DNA of 64,000 nucleotides, taken from assembly GCA_046861385.1 (NCBI GenBank), contig JBHHTW010000004.1, forward strand, positions 53,756 through 117,755. The letters are read 5' to 3'. Positions 18,762 through 29,492 of this stretch are shown here, in pieces. Numbering within the stretch: the first letter of the stretch is position 1; every line of letters begins with the position of its first letter. The notes beneath the pieces were generated by a model that made no database searches, was not told the origin of the DNA, and worked only from the letters and a program-made list of their open reading frames with translations. Position numbers and translations under genes: made by a program. This stretch comes from Fidelibacterota bacterium. Lineage in GTDB: Bacteria; Fidelibacterota; Marinisomatia; Marinisomatales; TCS55.

Positions 18762-19952
18762 ATGAAAATTGCATTCTTAACCGCCGGCGGTCTCGCCCCC
18801 TGCCTTTCATCATCCATAGGAGCTTTAATGATGAATTACCATTCAAAAGCACCCAAGGCCGAATTAATTGGTTATTTAAACGGGTATAAAGGTTTACTAA
18901 TGGGAAAATCAATTTCCTTCCCGGAAAATGCCCATGAATATGCCGAGGTGCTTATGACTTACGGCGGAAGTCCAATTGGAAATAGTCGAGTGAAATTGAC
19001 CAACATCGAAAATTGCTTAAAAAACAGATACATTAAAGAGGGAGAAAATCCGGTTGAAGTAGCTGCAAATCAACTCAGGAAAGATAAAATTGATATTCTC
19101 CACACGATTGGGGGTGATGATACAAACACCATGGCTTCGGTTCTGGTAGAATACTTATCTGAAAATGACTACGGACTCACAGTAGTTGGATTACCCAAAA
19201 CGGTGGATAATGACGTTTATCCTATTGCCCGGTCTCTGGGCGCTGATACCGCTGCCGAACAGGGAGCAATATTCTTCGAAAATATAGCCAATGAGAATAC
19301 CACAAGTAACCGGCAACTCATTATTCATGAAGTTATGGGTAGAAATTGCGGCTGGCTTACAGCTGCCACTGCCAAAAAATACAGGGATCGTTTATCCGAA
19401 AAACCATTTGTCGAAGAAATGCTGATTTCAAAAGAACGTTGGGATGTGGATGCAGTATATATTCCTGAAAATGAAATGAATTTTGAGTTTGAATGTGATC
19501 GTTTAAATCGGCTGATGGAACAAAAAGATGGTGTGAATATTTTCATTAGTGAAGGAGCTGGAATTGAAACCATTGTAGATGAAATGAAAAGCAGTGGTGA
19601 AGAAGTTCCTCGGGATGCCTTTGGTCATGTACGCATTGATGAAATTAATCCCGGGCAATGGTTTGCAAAACAATTTAAAAAGAGATTAAAGGCAGAAAAA
19701 GTTCTTGTACAAAAAAGCGGGTATTTTGCAAGATCAGCTGCCCCGAACTCCTTTGATCTGGAATTGATAAAAAGCACGGCAGAGTTTGCGTCTGATTTTG
19801 CGTTAGATAGAAAAAGCGGTGTGGCTGGTTTGGATGAAGAAAACAAAAATCAAATGAGTTTAATTGATTTTAAGAGGATAAAAGGTGGAAAGCCATTCGA
19901 TACAGAAAAAGAATGGTTTCAAGAATTATTAAAAAATATCGGACAACAATAA
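18762..19952 (+). CDS. pfp: Pyrophosphate-dependent phosphofructokinase
   Basis: TAGGLAPCLS, IGGDDT (PPi-type Asp), PKTVDND, HEVMGRNCGWL, QKSGYFARS. Confidence 0.92.
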   Translation: MKIAFLTAGGLAPCLSSSIGALMMNYHSKAPKAELIGYLNGYKGLLMGKSISFPENAHEYAEVLMTYGGSPIGNSRVKLTNIENCLKNRYIKEGENPVEVAANQLRKDKIDILHTIGGDDTNTMASVLVEYLSENDYGLTVVGLPKTVDNDVYPIARSLGADTAAEQGAIFFENIANENTTSNRQLIIHEVMGRNCGWLTAATAKKYRDRLSEKPFVEEMLISKERWDVDAVYIPENEMNFEFECDRLNRLMEQKDGVNIFISEGAGIETIVDEMKSSGEEVPRDAFGHVRIDEINPGQWFAKQFKKRLKAEKVLVQKSGYFARSAAPNSFDLELIKSTAEFASDFALDRKSGVAGLDEENKNQMSLIDFKRIKGGKPFDTEKEWFQELLKNIGQQ

Positions 19953-19964
19953 AGGAAAAAAATT

Positions 19965-21137
19965 ATGTCAAAACAACCCCCAGTATTAAATACTTCCAGG
20001 AAATTTCCTGATAATATGACATCTGCTCATGGGTTATTACTCAAAGCAAAGCGGGGTGAAAAGGGTAATGGGAACGGAATAGGATATGCTGTACCGGCAT
20101 TTAATGTGACCACATTTCAGGGGATTAATGCTGCCATGAAGGCGTTCGAATTACTGGGTTCTTCAGGCTTAATGGCATTCTCCAATTCTGCGCTAAAGCA
20201 TTTTGGAGGTGGCAATCAAGTCTTTGGTCTGGAAGTAGCTGCATCATATATTGAAAAAATGGCCAAGAAATCATCCGTGAAAATTGCCACCCACTTGGAC
20301 CACGGCGATTATATCACTGAACCGGGACGAAAAGTTCTCCAGGCTTCTGTTCAATGTTTAACCAGCGTGATGGCAGACAATTCCACAGACCACGTAAATA
20401 AGATTGCCATGCCTCTTAAGGATAATATTGAATTAACCCGGGAAGTAGTTAATATGGCTCACCCGGTTGGATTATCGGTGGAAGGCGAATTGGGTGTATT
20501 AGCAGGAGAAGAAGATGAAGATACAAAATCCGAATTTTCCACCTATACAAATACGAATGAATTAGATCAGTTCCTGAGAGAAACAGGCGTTTTGATGCTT
20601 GCGCCTACTATTGGAACTATGCACGGACCTAATAAGGGGAAACCGGGGCAAAAAGTGAAATTGAATATTCCGCTGGCACATGAATTATTAAAAATTGCCA
20701 ATGAGATTAATGATGAAATCGTGTTTGTGGCTCATGGTGCATCCACCCTGTATCCTCAAGTAGCTGAATACGCCATGAAACAATTGGAAGCAATGGATGG
20801 TAAACAGGCTGATCACCAAAAATGGGGAAACTTTGTTGGAACAGATTGGGATCAAATTGAAGGATTAATAAAAGCAGGATTCTGTAAAATCAATACAGAT
20901 ACTGAAAACCGCCAGACATTTCTAGCAGCCTTGTTAGGAGCCATCAACGAAAACAGTGCAAAAATTGATATTCGCTGGTATGATAATCATGGTACAGACG
21001 GATTAACCAAAAGCTATATCCAAAAACTCATTATGGCTGGGAACTATGGCGTCTGGCATGAACCGAAGATAAACGTGGAAAAATTCAAATTTGATTTAGG
21101 AACGCCATTATCAGATTTAATATCTCAAGCCGGCTAA
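19965..21137 (+). CDS. fba: Class II fructose-bisphosphate aldolase
   Basis: AVPAFN, HLDHG, VEGELG, GTMHG, HGAS, KINTDT. Confidence 0.85.
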   Translation: MSKQPPVLNTSRKFPDNMTSAHGLLLKAKRGEKGNGNGIGYAVPAFNVTTFQGINAAMKAFELLGSSGLMAFSNSALKHFGGGNQVFGLEVAASYIEKMAKKSSVKIATHLDHGDYITEPGRKVLQASVQCLTSVMADNSTDHVNKIAMPLKDNIELTREVVNMAHPVGLSVEGELGVLAGEEDEDTKSEFSTYTNTNELDQFLRETGVLMLAPTIGTMHGPNKGKPGQKVKLNIPLAHELLKIANEINDEIVFVAHGASTLYPQVAEYAMKQLEAMDGKQADHQKWGNFVGTDWDQIEGLIKAGFCKINTDTENRQTFLAALLGAINENSAKIDIRWYDNHGTDGLTKSYIQKLIMAGNYGVWHEPKINVEKFKFDLGTPLSDLISQAG

Positions 21138-21205
21138 CTTAAAAAACAGTCAACCAATTAAAAGCCTCGGTTATTTTCTCGGGAATTATTTAATAATAAA
21201 TTTTT

Positions 21206-21829
21206 TTAGAATGAAAATTTCATTCCAATAACATACGTTTGTTCCCAACCATTATTTTTCCAATCATCTTGGATTAAATGGTATATTTTTACTTTCATAA
21301 ATGATATACTCTTGATTTCAAAGCCAACGTAAAAACGGTTTCGATTTAACTCATTTCCTTCCATATCATAAAAAATTTCATCAGCCGTATAAGGGATTAG
21401 TTTAAGCGGAGTAAATCCATTGCCGAATTTTGCAGTAATCATATCTCGGTTACGGATGACAGGGTCTTTATCCTGTTTCATGCGGTATTCAAACCGGCTT
21501 CTGGCAGTAATCCCCAGTATTCCAAATTTCATTTTTGTGGATAGTGTTCCATGGGGACGATGTTCCTGTGTCCATACTTTATTTTTCCATTCAAACACTT
21601 CTCTAAAATTGAGGCTTAATTTAAATGGTCTAATCAAATGAAAGGATATTCCAATATCTCCGTGGGAATACTTTAGTTGTTGGCCCATATTCAACGATCG
21701 AAAATCACTTTCTATTGAGAGAGAATATGTGTCGTTTAATGGTTTTGAAAGTTTGGCTGCCTGCCACAGTTCCGGTTGTTCAGCTATTAATAATAATGGG
21801 AGGAATAAGATGGTCAGGTATTTTAACAT
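21206..21829 (-). CDS. Outer-membrane beta-barrel (DUF2490-like)
   Basis: Signal peptide; EHRP, RSRFEYR, ADEIFY, NRNRFYVG; C-terminal F. Confidence 0.7.
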   Translation of the reverse strand: MLKYLTILFLPLLLIAEQPELWQAAKLSKPLNDTYSLSIESDFRSLNMGQQLKYSHGDIGISFHLIRPFKLSLNFREVFEWKNKVWTQEHRPHGTLSTKMKFGILGITARSRFEYRMKQDKDPVIRNRDMITAKFGNGFTPLKLIPYTADEIFYDMEGNELNRNRFYVGFEIKSISFMKVKIYHLIQDDWKNNGWEQTYVIGMKFSF

Positions 21830-21875
21830 TTCGTTTCTTTCTCTTATATGTTGTTTATATAAATAATCTTTTAGT

Positions 21876-23675
21876 CTAAATCGAATAAATATGGGTAATG
21901 GTTTTGGCGATATTAGCTATATATACATTTATTTGCTTTAATAAATCCATCAATTCCATATGAATTTCATGTGTTTCGATAGACTCCTCTCTTTCGTCTT
22001 GAAGTCGTTTTAAATGGCGGAGACGGTATTCCGATTCCAGATCGGAATATTTTTCATCTTTGGCCATAATATTTAAAGCCTTAACGGGGTCGAACGTTGA
22101 AAATGCTTCCTTAAATCGGCTGACCTGTTTACAAACTTTTGTATGAAAAATATCCAACTCATTTTTTCCTTCTTCAGAAAAATCTGTTTTTAATATTGAT
22201 TTTTTTGCAATTAGAGGAATCATATTTTTTTCAATTATGTCCCCAACGCTTTCAATATCATTCACAATAAACATTAAACCATACACTTCTTTTATTTGAT
22301 GATCAGATAATTCCTGCCTTCCAATTTTTCTTAAATAAATTACGATTCGTTCATCAAGGAAATCCAGTTTATGTTCCCGAAACTTAATACCATCCACCAG
22401 CGAAAATTGTGGATATTTTTTATCTCTTAAAGTTTCATTTGATTTAAATGGATCTATGATGGCCTCCAGCATTCGACCGAAAATTTTAATCATTCGAAAC
22501 GTTTCGTTTCGGGCTAAATCAATGGCTAAGGCAGGAGTAGAAATGGCTTTATCATCCAAATGCCATGTCACAATTTGAGCATCTTTTTTTTCTTCTTTTT
22601 CTGGAAGTATTTTGACAAATATTTTTGCAAAATAGGAAGTGAATGGCAGGAAAATAATGGCGAGGCTTACATTGAAAATGGTATGAGCATTGGCAATTTG
22701 GCGAGGTGTTTCGGCTGCCAATTTATGAATTCCAATACCATCATATGCAGGGGATATTGAACGGATGAGATCGGCAAACGCGGGTATCCAGAAAATAAAA
22801 AGGAACACACCACCGATTTTAAACAAAACGTGGGCCATGGCCACTCGCTTGGCTTCGCGGGTCGTGCCGATACTTGCCAACCCTGCGGTAATACATGTTC
22901 CTATATTTGCACCAAAAATAAGAGGAATACCCGCTTCCAAAGTGAGCAAACCCTGTTGAGCCAGAACAATAATGATACCGGCAAATGCGCCGCTGCTTTG
23001 AATTAGTGCCGTGAAAATGGTTCCAAGCAGGAGTCCCAGTAAAGGATTCTCTAATCCTTTCAACAATTCGATAAATGGCAAGTGAGTTCGCAACGGAGTC
23101 ATGGCATCGGACATAAGCTTCATACCAAAAAACAAGATTCCAAATCCCATTACGACTTCACCGATATACTTTGATGAATCTTTTTTGGAAAACAAAGTTA
23201 GAGCGAATCCTACAGCGACCATCAAAAGGGCATAATCAGTTACTTTGAAAGCAATGAGCTGTGCTGTGATTGTTGTTCCAATATCAGCTCCGAGGATTAC
23301 GCCCAGCGACTGGACAAAAGTCATTAATTGAGCCTGAACAAAACTGACGAGCATGACGGTGGTTGCGCTGGAGCTCTGGATAACCATAGTTACGAATGCT
23401 CCAACCGTCATCCCGACAATTCGATTATTGGTCAGGGCAGAAAGAATATTGCTCAAACGGTCACCAGCGCTCTTTTTCATTCCTTCACTCATTTTTCCCA
23501 TACCATATAAAAAGAGAGATAATCCCCCTATGAGGGTAATGAATATGTTTGTCCATGACATCGCTTTGGAAAGGTGTGCTGAGTCTGCAATGAGTGGTTG
23601 AAAAATCAGGATTGCACACACAGCTGCCATTTGCAAATATGGCTTTTGAAACACTTTATTAAAATTATTACTCAT
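21876..23675 (-). CDS. Na+/Pi cotransporter with C-terminal PhoU domains (YjbB-like)
   Basis: GGLSLFLYGM, QSSSATT, GADIGTT, GANIGTC, NDIESVGD. Confidence 0.9.
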   Translation of the reverse strand: MSNNFNKVFQKPYLQMAAVCAILIFQPLIADSAHLSKAMSWTNIFITLIGGLSLFLYGMGKMSEGMKKSAGDRLSNILSALTNNRIVGMTVGAFVTMVIQSSSATTVMLVSFVQAQLMTFVQSLGVILGADIGTTITAQLIAFKVTDYALLMVAVGFALTLFSKKDSSKYIGEVVMGFGILFFGMKLMSDAMTPLRTHLPFIELLKGLENPLLGLLLGTIFTALIQSSGAFAGIIIVLAQQGLLTLEAGIPLIFGANIGTCITAGLASIGTTREAKRVAMAHVLFKIGGVFLFIFWIPAFADLIRSISPAYDGIGIHKLAAETPRQIANAHTIFNVSLAIIFLPFTSYFAKIFVKILPEKEEKKDAQIVTWHLDDKAISTPALAIDLARNETFRMIKIFGRMLEAIIDPFKSNETLRDKKYPQFSLVDGIKFREHKLDFLDERIVIYLRKIGRQELSDHQIKEVYGLMFIVNDIESVGDIIEKNMIPLIAKKSILKTDFSEEGKNELDIFHTKVCKQVSRFKEAFSTFDPVKALNIMAKDEKYSDLESEYRLRHLKRLQDEREESIETHEIHMELMDLLKQINVYIANIAKTITHIYSI

Positions 23676-24151
23676 GGATGATTACTCCATGTGGAATACG
23701 GGTATCGTGTGAGCATGGCATTATAGTATTTTTGTTGGTGGGATACTTCTTCACCAATAAAGCCGGGTTTATTGAATGATTGATCCTCTTTTTCTAATTC
23801 AATTTCTGCAATAACCAATCCTTGGTTTGCACCATGAAATTCATCAATTTCCCAGATGAAACCATCATAATCATATTTGTAGCGAGTTTTTTCTATTAAT
23901 GGCTTATTGCAAAGTTTCATAAGCTTTTGAGCGTCTGGTTCAGAAATTTCTATTTCGAATTCCATACGGGTTAATTCCGTTTTTAATGATTTGATGGTCA
24001 GCCAGGCTTGTTGGTCCATCATACGGACACGAACAACTTTTTGTTCATCAGCGCTGATGTAACCCTGAATACAGCGATTACCTTCATTTGGCTTTGGCCA
24101 GTTCTCTTTGACCAAAAATTTTCGTTCAATTTCGAGTTTTATATTTTCCAT
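23672..24151 (-). CDS. CYTH domain protein (triphosphate tunnel metalloenzyme)
   Basis: EIERKFLV, QGY, RVR, EKTRY, WEIDEF, AEIEL. Confidence 0.92.
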   Translation of the reverse strand: MENIKLEIERKFLVKENWPKPNEGNRCIQGYISADEQKVVRVRMMDQQAWLTIKSLKTELTRMEFEIEISEPDAQKLMKLCNKPLIEKTRYKYDYDGFIWEIDEFHGANQGLVIAEIELEKEDQSFNKPGFIGEEVSHQQKYYNAMLTRYPYSTWSNHP

Positions 24152-25491
24152 AATCTAATTAATAAAATAGAGGATATTAATCCCGGATAAAATGGTTCAA
24201 TATTCCCTGGATAATACCCCAACAGTTTACCATAAATAAACCATATAACGGCAATCATCACCGGCAAGATTATGACCAATACTGATTTAGAATTTCTCAT
24301 CCGAATTTTCGTAAATGTTAATAAAAATGGAGCCAATATCCCCGGAATGATAATTGAACCAATCACGTACCATAGCCGTACCACGGATGGAATACTCACA
24401 GCCAGCAACACTGCAATAAACGACATAACAATTAATCCTTTTCGAATATGGACTTTCGAATCTGAAAGAGATTCTTTTTCATAGAGTCTCATCATAATAT
24501 CTCTACCAAATGTGATAGCACTGATGAGGCCGTTGGAATCAATGGTAGACATAATAGTGGAAAATAATCCGATCAGAAAAATGCCATAAATGAATGGCGG
24601 CAAAATTTTTAACGCTAATTCCGGATAAGCCATTGTTGCCATCTGGTTCGGTACCAGCACTGCCGCATATAGCCCTGTCGTTATGGTGAGGATATCAAAT
24701 ATTAACCAAAAACCTATGGAAATCAAAATTCCTTTCCGGGCTGTATTTGGAGAATTTGCAGCAGCTGTTCGTTGATAAAACCCGGGATCAATAAAGGTCC
24801 ACATGGCAATAAAAAACCAGACCAGAATATATTGGACCGAATTACCCCCGGTTGGATTAAAATAATGATCCGGTAATTTGGAAAATAATGAAACGGGTGC
24901 TCCACTGGTTTTCCAGGAAAATATTAACAGTAAAATGAATCCTGTAAACATGAGGATAAATTGAAGTATATCTGTTCTGATCACTGATCTAAATCCACCA
25001 AACCAAACATAAATCAAACTCACACCGGCTGCGAACAAAATGGCTGACTGCAGAGACCAATGAAGCGTGTGCTGGAATAAAATTCCCAGACTTAAAATGT
25101 AAGGGGCTGGGGATGCTAAAATAAGGATAAGCAGCGCACTGGCAATTCCGGCACTTTTACCGAAATGTTTATGAAAATGATCAGGGATGGAACGATGGGG
25201 AAGGTTTCTGATCCTCGGTGCTAAATAAATTGCAAACAAAAAGCCAAAGACATAGTAAGGCAGCGCAAAAATAAACCAGGTTTGGATTCCATAATTATAG
25301 GTGTTCTCTCCGACACCCAATATCCCTCCATACCATGTGGCGACTAAGGTAGCCACGAGCCCGGGGAGACTTAATCTTCTTCCCGCGAGAATGAAATCTT
25401 TATCGTCGTCATTTTTCGAGGATTTATAAAACCCAAGTAATAATAGAAGTACGAAATATCCACCGATGGCTAACCAGTCTAAAGAATGCAT
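24139..25491 (-). CDS. Sodium:solute symporter family transporter
   Basis: FILAGR, GGFRSVIRTDILQF, YQRTAAA, STIMSTIDS. Confidence 0.88.
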   Translation of the reverse strand: MHSLDWLAIGGYFVLLLLLGFYKSSKNDDDKDFILAGRRLSLPGLVATLVATWYGGILGVGENTYNYGIQTWFIFALPYYVFGFLFAIYLAPRIRNLPHRSIPDHFHKHFGKSAGIASALLILILASPAPYILSLGILFQHTLHWSLQSAILFAAGVSLIYVWFGGFRSVIRTDILQFILMFTGFILLLIFSWKTSGAPVSLFSKLPDHYFNPTGGNSVQYILVWFFIAMWTFIDPGFYQRTAAANSPNTARKGILISIGFWLIFDILTITTGLYAAVLVPNQMATMAYPELALKILPPFIYGIFLIGLFSTIMSTIDSNGLISAITFGRDIMMRLYEKESLSDSKVHIRKGLIVMSFIAVLLAVSIPSVVRLWYVIGSIIIPGILAPFLLTFTKIRMRNSKSVLVIILPVMIAVIWFIYGKLLGYYPGNIEPFYPGLISSILLIRLWKI

Positions 25492-25701
25492 TGTTTAGGT
25501 TACCTCAAAATACGTCTGACCGTAAAATAGAGAAAATTCACTGAAATCTAGAGATTCAGGAAAAGGGTAAAACTTAATTCGTAAAACGTAATTCAAGTTT
25601 TTAACTAATTACGTTTTAAATAATTATTGAATGCCATATTTTTTGTTAAACGTCTGAATTGGTGTTAAATGGACAATATTAAGCTCTAATAATATATCCT
25701 A

Positions 25702-26334
25702 TTAACTATTCAAATGATTGATAAACAGCCAAATGGATCCATTTGTATCTATTGTGAATTTATTCCCTACTGCTTCATTGCTGATTCCATTGCATGCCGG
25801 AGGAAACGGCTCCTGGTTTAATGAATATTTCAATCCTGTAGTGGAAATCGACTTCACAGGTTCGACCGCTACAATAGAAATCAGCTGTCCTTTTTTGGAT
25901 TGGAATGATTGCTTACCCTTAAAACAATAGATGCTTGAATAATCTGAAACAAAGTGAATATTTATCACCGGAGAAAATTCTGCCAAAATATGAAGATTCC
26001 CGAGGCTGTGGTCTTCTCGTTTTCCCGTTGCCCCCAGTACAATAACATCATTCAAACGGTTGATTAAACACCATTCCAATGTTTTTTGAAGATCTGTTTT
26101 ATTTTGATCGGGCACTGGAATCCATAATCCCTTGAATGCTTCATTTTTCAACTGCGTGGAGTCAAGATCTCCAATAATCACATGGGGTATTCGATTAAAT
26201 TTCTGAAGAATATCAGCGCTTCCATCTGTACAAATGACTGTTCCGGCGCTATCCAAAATATTCAGCGGTACAAGATGTCTGGGAAACTGTCCGTTGGCTA
26301 AAATGACGATTGGTTGTTGAAAAGATGAATCCAT
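25702..26334 (-). CDS. thiN: Thiamine pyrophosphokinase
   Basis: CTDGSA, IGDLDS, DQNKTDLQK, GKREDHSLGN, GLKYSL, GISNE. Confidence 0.9.
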   Translation of the reverse strand: MDSSFQQPIVILANGQFPRHLVPLNILDSAGTVICTDGSADILQKFNRIPHVIIGDLDSTQLKNEAFKGLWIPVPDQNKTDLQKTLEWCLINRLNDVIVLGATGKREDHSLGNLHILAEFSPVINIHFVSDYSSIYCFKGKQSFQSKKGQLISIVAVEPVKSISTTGLKYSLNQEPFPPACNGISNEAVGNKFTIDTNGSIWLFINHLNS

Positions 26335-26459
26335 ATAGGCATCAAAATTACAATTAACTGATACTATGTAATAAAATATTACTTCTGAAGAACTAATTTT
26401 TTAGTGTTTTATTTTTTAATAAAAAGTATTGATGTCTTATTTATAAATATAATAAACTC

Positions 26460-26487
26460 GGAAACGATATATACGAAAAACGTTTCC
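26460..26487. promoter_or_regulatory. Putative TetR operator
   Basis: GGAAACG-N14-CGTTTCC inverted repeat ending 1 bp before the TTG start of the TetR gene. Confidence 0.55.
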
Positions 26488-26488
26488 A

Positions 26489-27103
26489 TTGTCTAACACA
26501 TTCACACAACAAGAAAAACATATCCTGGAAGAAGGATTCGAAGCCATTACTCAGACTGGTGCAAAATCTTTTACAGTTGAGTCTCTGGCAGGCAGGTTGG
26601 GGATGAGTAAAAAAACCATTTATAAATATTTTCCAACCAAGGAAAAGCTCATTCGAAAAATTGTTGTATTCATTACCGGGAAGGTCGAACAAATATTGAA
26701 GAAAATTCGGGAAACTGAAGAAAATCCGGCGGTGCAGTTTATTAAAGTAATGGAGCACATTTCAAAATTTGCAAGTCGGGCTCCGATTCATTTATTGGTA
26801 CAATTAAAATCGACGTATCCAACTGCATGGAAAGAAATTGAAACATTTAGATTAAGACGTCAGGAGGATTTTTATAAAATTCTATTATCCGCTCAGGAAC
26901 AGGGATTTGCGCGAAAAGACATAAACATGAGAAAATTCTCCATTATATTTATCAATATGATTAATAATACCTTTCAACCCGAATTCTTTCTACAAAATGA
27001 TTTATCAATTCGTGAAACAATCAATAGCGTCAAAGAAATTATTTCCAGAGGAATTTTTACACCAGAAGGATTAGAAGTTATCCAAAAATATTATGAAAAA
27101 TAA
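26489..27103 (+). CDS. TetR/AcrR family regulator
   Basis: FTVESLAGRLGMSKKTIYKYFPTKEKL HTH. Confidence 0.9.
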   Translation: MSNTFTQQEKHILEEGFEAITQTGAKSFTVESLAGRLGMSKKTIYKYFPTKEKLIRKIVVFITGKVEQILKKIRETEENPAVQFIKVMEHISKFASRAPIHLLVQLKSTYPTAWKEIETFRLRRQEDFYKILLSAQEQGFARKDINMRKFSIIFINMINNTFQPEFFLQNDLSIRETINSVKEIISRGIFTPEGLEVIQKYYEK

Positions 27104-29414
27104 ACACACTAAATATTCAGATCATCCAGTAAGGGCTTGGTTTATCCACCAAAGTATTGATCATGCCAAACGAACAATCATTATATCTATTCTGTTAACA
27201 TTATTTATGGCTTCCGGATTAGGATTTTTTACGATCGATGACGATATTATGAAAATGATGCCCAAAAATTTAGAGTCTCGGGTATCATGGGACAATATTC
27301 AGGAAGAATTTGGAAGTACAGAAGTAATTTTCATCGCTTTTGGTCACCAGGAAAAAACAGTGTATTCTCCTGAAACACTGTCGACATTATGGGATTTGTC
27401 TGAAGAATTGGAAGCATCAAAATCTGTTGAGGAAGTCACTTGTATTTCTACATCAACACGTATGGATAATATTGACGGTTTTATGGAAATTGACGATTTA
27501 CAACCAGAGAAGGATTTATCAATTGAATCAATCGAAAGTATTAAAAAATATCTTGAGAAAAATAATCATATCAAACAAAGATTTGTTAGCAAGAATGAGG
27601 ATTATTTGATCGCGATTATTCAACCGTATGAAGATATTAGTAAGGACAGTTTTGTGGACGAGGTGACATCTGTTGCGAATCCTATTTTAGAAGGATACGA
27701 AATATATTATGGTGGACAATCTTATATAACCGGCATCATGCCCTCTTCAATTCGCAACGATGTGAAAGGTCTCATGTTGGTCGGGATGCTGATTCTATCC
27801 TTTATATTATTAATCAATATCAGGAGTATACCGGGAGTGGCACTGGTTTTAATGGTGATATTACTATCATTAATTGCCATGCTTGGATTCATGGGGTGGA
27901 TTCATAAATTGACAGGATCAGGAAAATTCCTTTTTACATTAGCAAATACGTCCATGCCCATTATTTTACTAACAATAGCCAACTCCGACGGTGTTCATAT
28001 TGTTATTAAATTTTTTAAAGAACTACGTCATAAACAACATATACATCAGGCCGTTGCCTCAACCATGGATTCTCTTCTAATACCCGTATTCTTAACCAGT
28101 CTAACAACAGTTGTGGCCTTTTTAACCATGATCTCATCTCCATTAGAACCCTTGATTGGTTATGGCTTAACGATTAGTTCAGGAATTATTTGGGCTTGGT
28201 TTTTGAGCTCAACGTTACTTCCGGCGGTGATTAGTATAAAAAAATGGAATTTGAAATCCAAAGCTATTACTCATCCGAGCATTTTTGAGAAGGCAATACA
28301 TAAATTAGCTAATAAGGTGTTGACACATCCTAAATATGTTTTTGCCACAGGTTTGATTATCGTGCTAATAGGAGCCGGGGGTCTTTTCAAGGTTTCCGTA
28401 GATGTGAATATGGCCAATTTCTTTAAGCCGGGGACAGAAATAAGAAAAAGTATGGAATTCATGGATAACGAAATGACGGGAACTGTAGACATCCGAGTTC
28501 TCCTTGAGGGGGAAATGAAAAACCCTAAAACAATGACACTAATGGCTGAATTACAGGATTTTATGGAATCTGACCCGAAGGTATCTACCAGTTACTCCAT
28601 TGCTGATGTAGTAAAACAAATGCATCGCACTGTTATGGATGACAACCCGGAATTCGAGACCATCCCAAATTCCAAGGAGAAGATAAATAATTTATATACT
28701 ATGTATTCAATGTCCGGAGATCTGGATGATTTTTCATCAATGGTTGATTATGACTATAAAGTGGGATTAATTACTGCATTTAGTCAATCGATGACAACAA
28801 ATGAAATATTCAAATTTGTTAATAAATGTAAAATATTTATTGATGAACATATTGATTCCGCATTGTCGTATAATTTTACAGGTATGATTGTTATCTTTAG
28901 AGATCTGGTAATACTGATCATCAAGTCTACCTTTTTTAGTATCCTGTTTTCATTGGTTATGATTGGAATTCTTTCATCCATATTTTTTAAGAAAATATTA
29001 TGGGGTGTTTTGGCAATAATGCCATTAACAGCCTCCGTCATACTGGATTTTGGATTTATGGGGTATTTTGGCATCGAACTCTCTCATGTTACAGCCATTT
29101 TATCTTCGATAATCATTGGTGTAGGAGTTGATTTTGCCATCCACTATATTGCTCAGTTTAGACGGCTATCTCGGACTGTTGACGAAGGGAAGTTAAGCAG
29201 AGAAGTCATGGATGATGTGGGTTATCCAATCATTTTAGACGCATTTTCAAATATGGGGTTTGGCGCATTGCTCTTTTCGGCATTCCTGCCGATCCAATAC
29301 ATTGGCGGTCTGATGATATTTGCGATGGTTTCCACAGCTTTTGGTACACTCACCGTACTGTCAGCAATGGTCGAGCTATTGAGAAGGAAATTGATTGAAA
29401 AAAAAATAATTTGA
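27093..29414 (+). CDS. MMPL/RND family transporter (paralog 1)
   Basis: Two periplasmic domains with TM blocks; NSDGVH, LTSLTT, GVGVDFAIHY. Confidence 0.88.
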   Translation: MKNKHTKYSDHPVRAWFIHQSIDHAKRTIIISILLTLFMASGLGFFTIDDDIMKMMPKNLESRVSWDNIQEEFGSTEVIFIAFGHQEKTVYSPETLSTLWDLSEELEASKSVEEVTCISTSTRMDNIDGFMEIDDLQPEKDLSIESIESIKKYLEKNNHIKQRFVSKNEDYLIAIIQPYEDISKDSFVDEVTSVANPILEGYEIYYGGQSYITGIMPSSIRNDVKGLMLVGMLILSFILLINIRSIPGVALVLMVILLSLIAMLGFMGWIHKLTGSGKFLFTLANTSMPIILLTIANSDGVHIVIKFFKELRHKQHIHQAVASTMDSLLIPVFLTSLTTVVAFLTMISSPLEPLIGYGLTISSGIIWAWFLSSTLLPAVISIKKWNLKSKAITHPSIFEKAIHKLANKVLTHPKYVFATGLIIVLIGAGGLFKVSVDVNMANFFKPGTEIRKSMEFMDNEMTGTVDIRVLLEGEMKNPKTMTLMAELQDFMESDPKVSTSYSIADVVKQMHRTVMDDNPEFETIPNSKEKINNLYTMYSMSGDLDDFSSMVDYDYKVGLITAFSQSMTTNEIFKFVNKCKIFIDEHIDSALSYNFTGMIVIFRDLVILIIKSTFFSILFSLVMIGILSSIFFKKILWGVLAIMPLTASVILDFGFMGYFGIELSHVTAILSSIIIGVGVDFAIHYIAQFRRLSRTVDEGKLSREVMDDVGYPIILDAFSNMGFGALLFSAFLPIQYIGGLMIFAMVSTAFGTLTVLSAMVELLRRKLIEKKII

Positions 29415-29492
29415 TTGGATGATTACAACAAGACTATGCACAATTAAGAGAATAGAAACACCTATGTACGACGGGTTAATGTAGGAGTTACT

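Noticed and set aside
25492-26488. TPP riboswitch upstream of thiN or the SSF gene
   Set aside because: No CTGAGA/CCTGA core found in either minus-strand leader.
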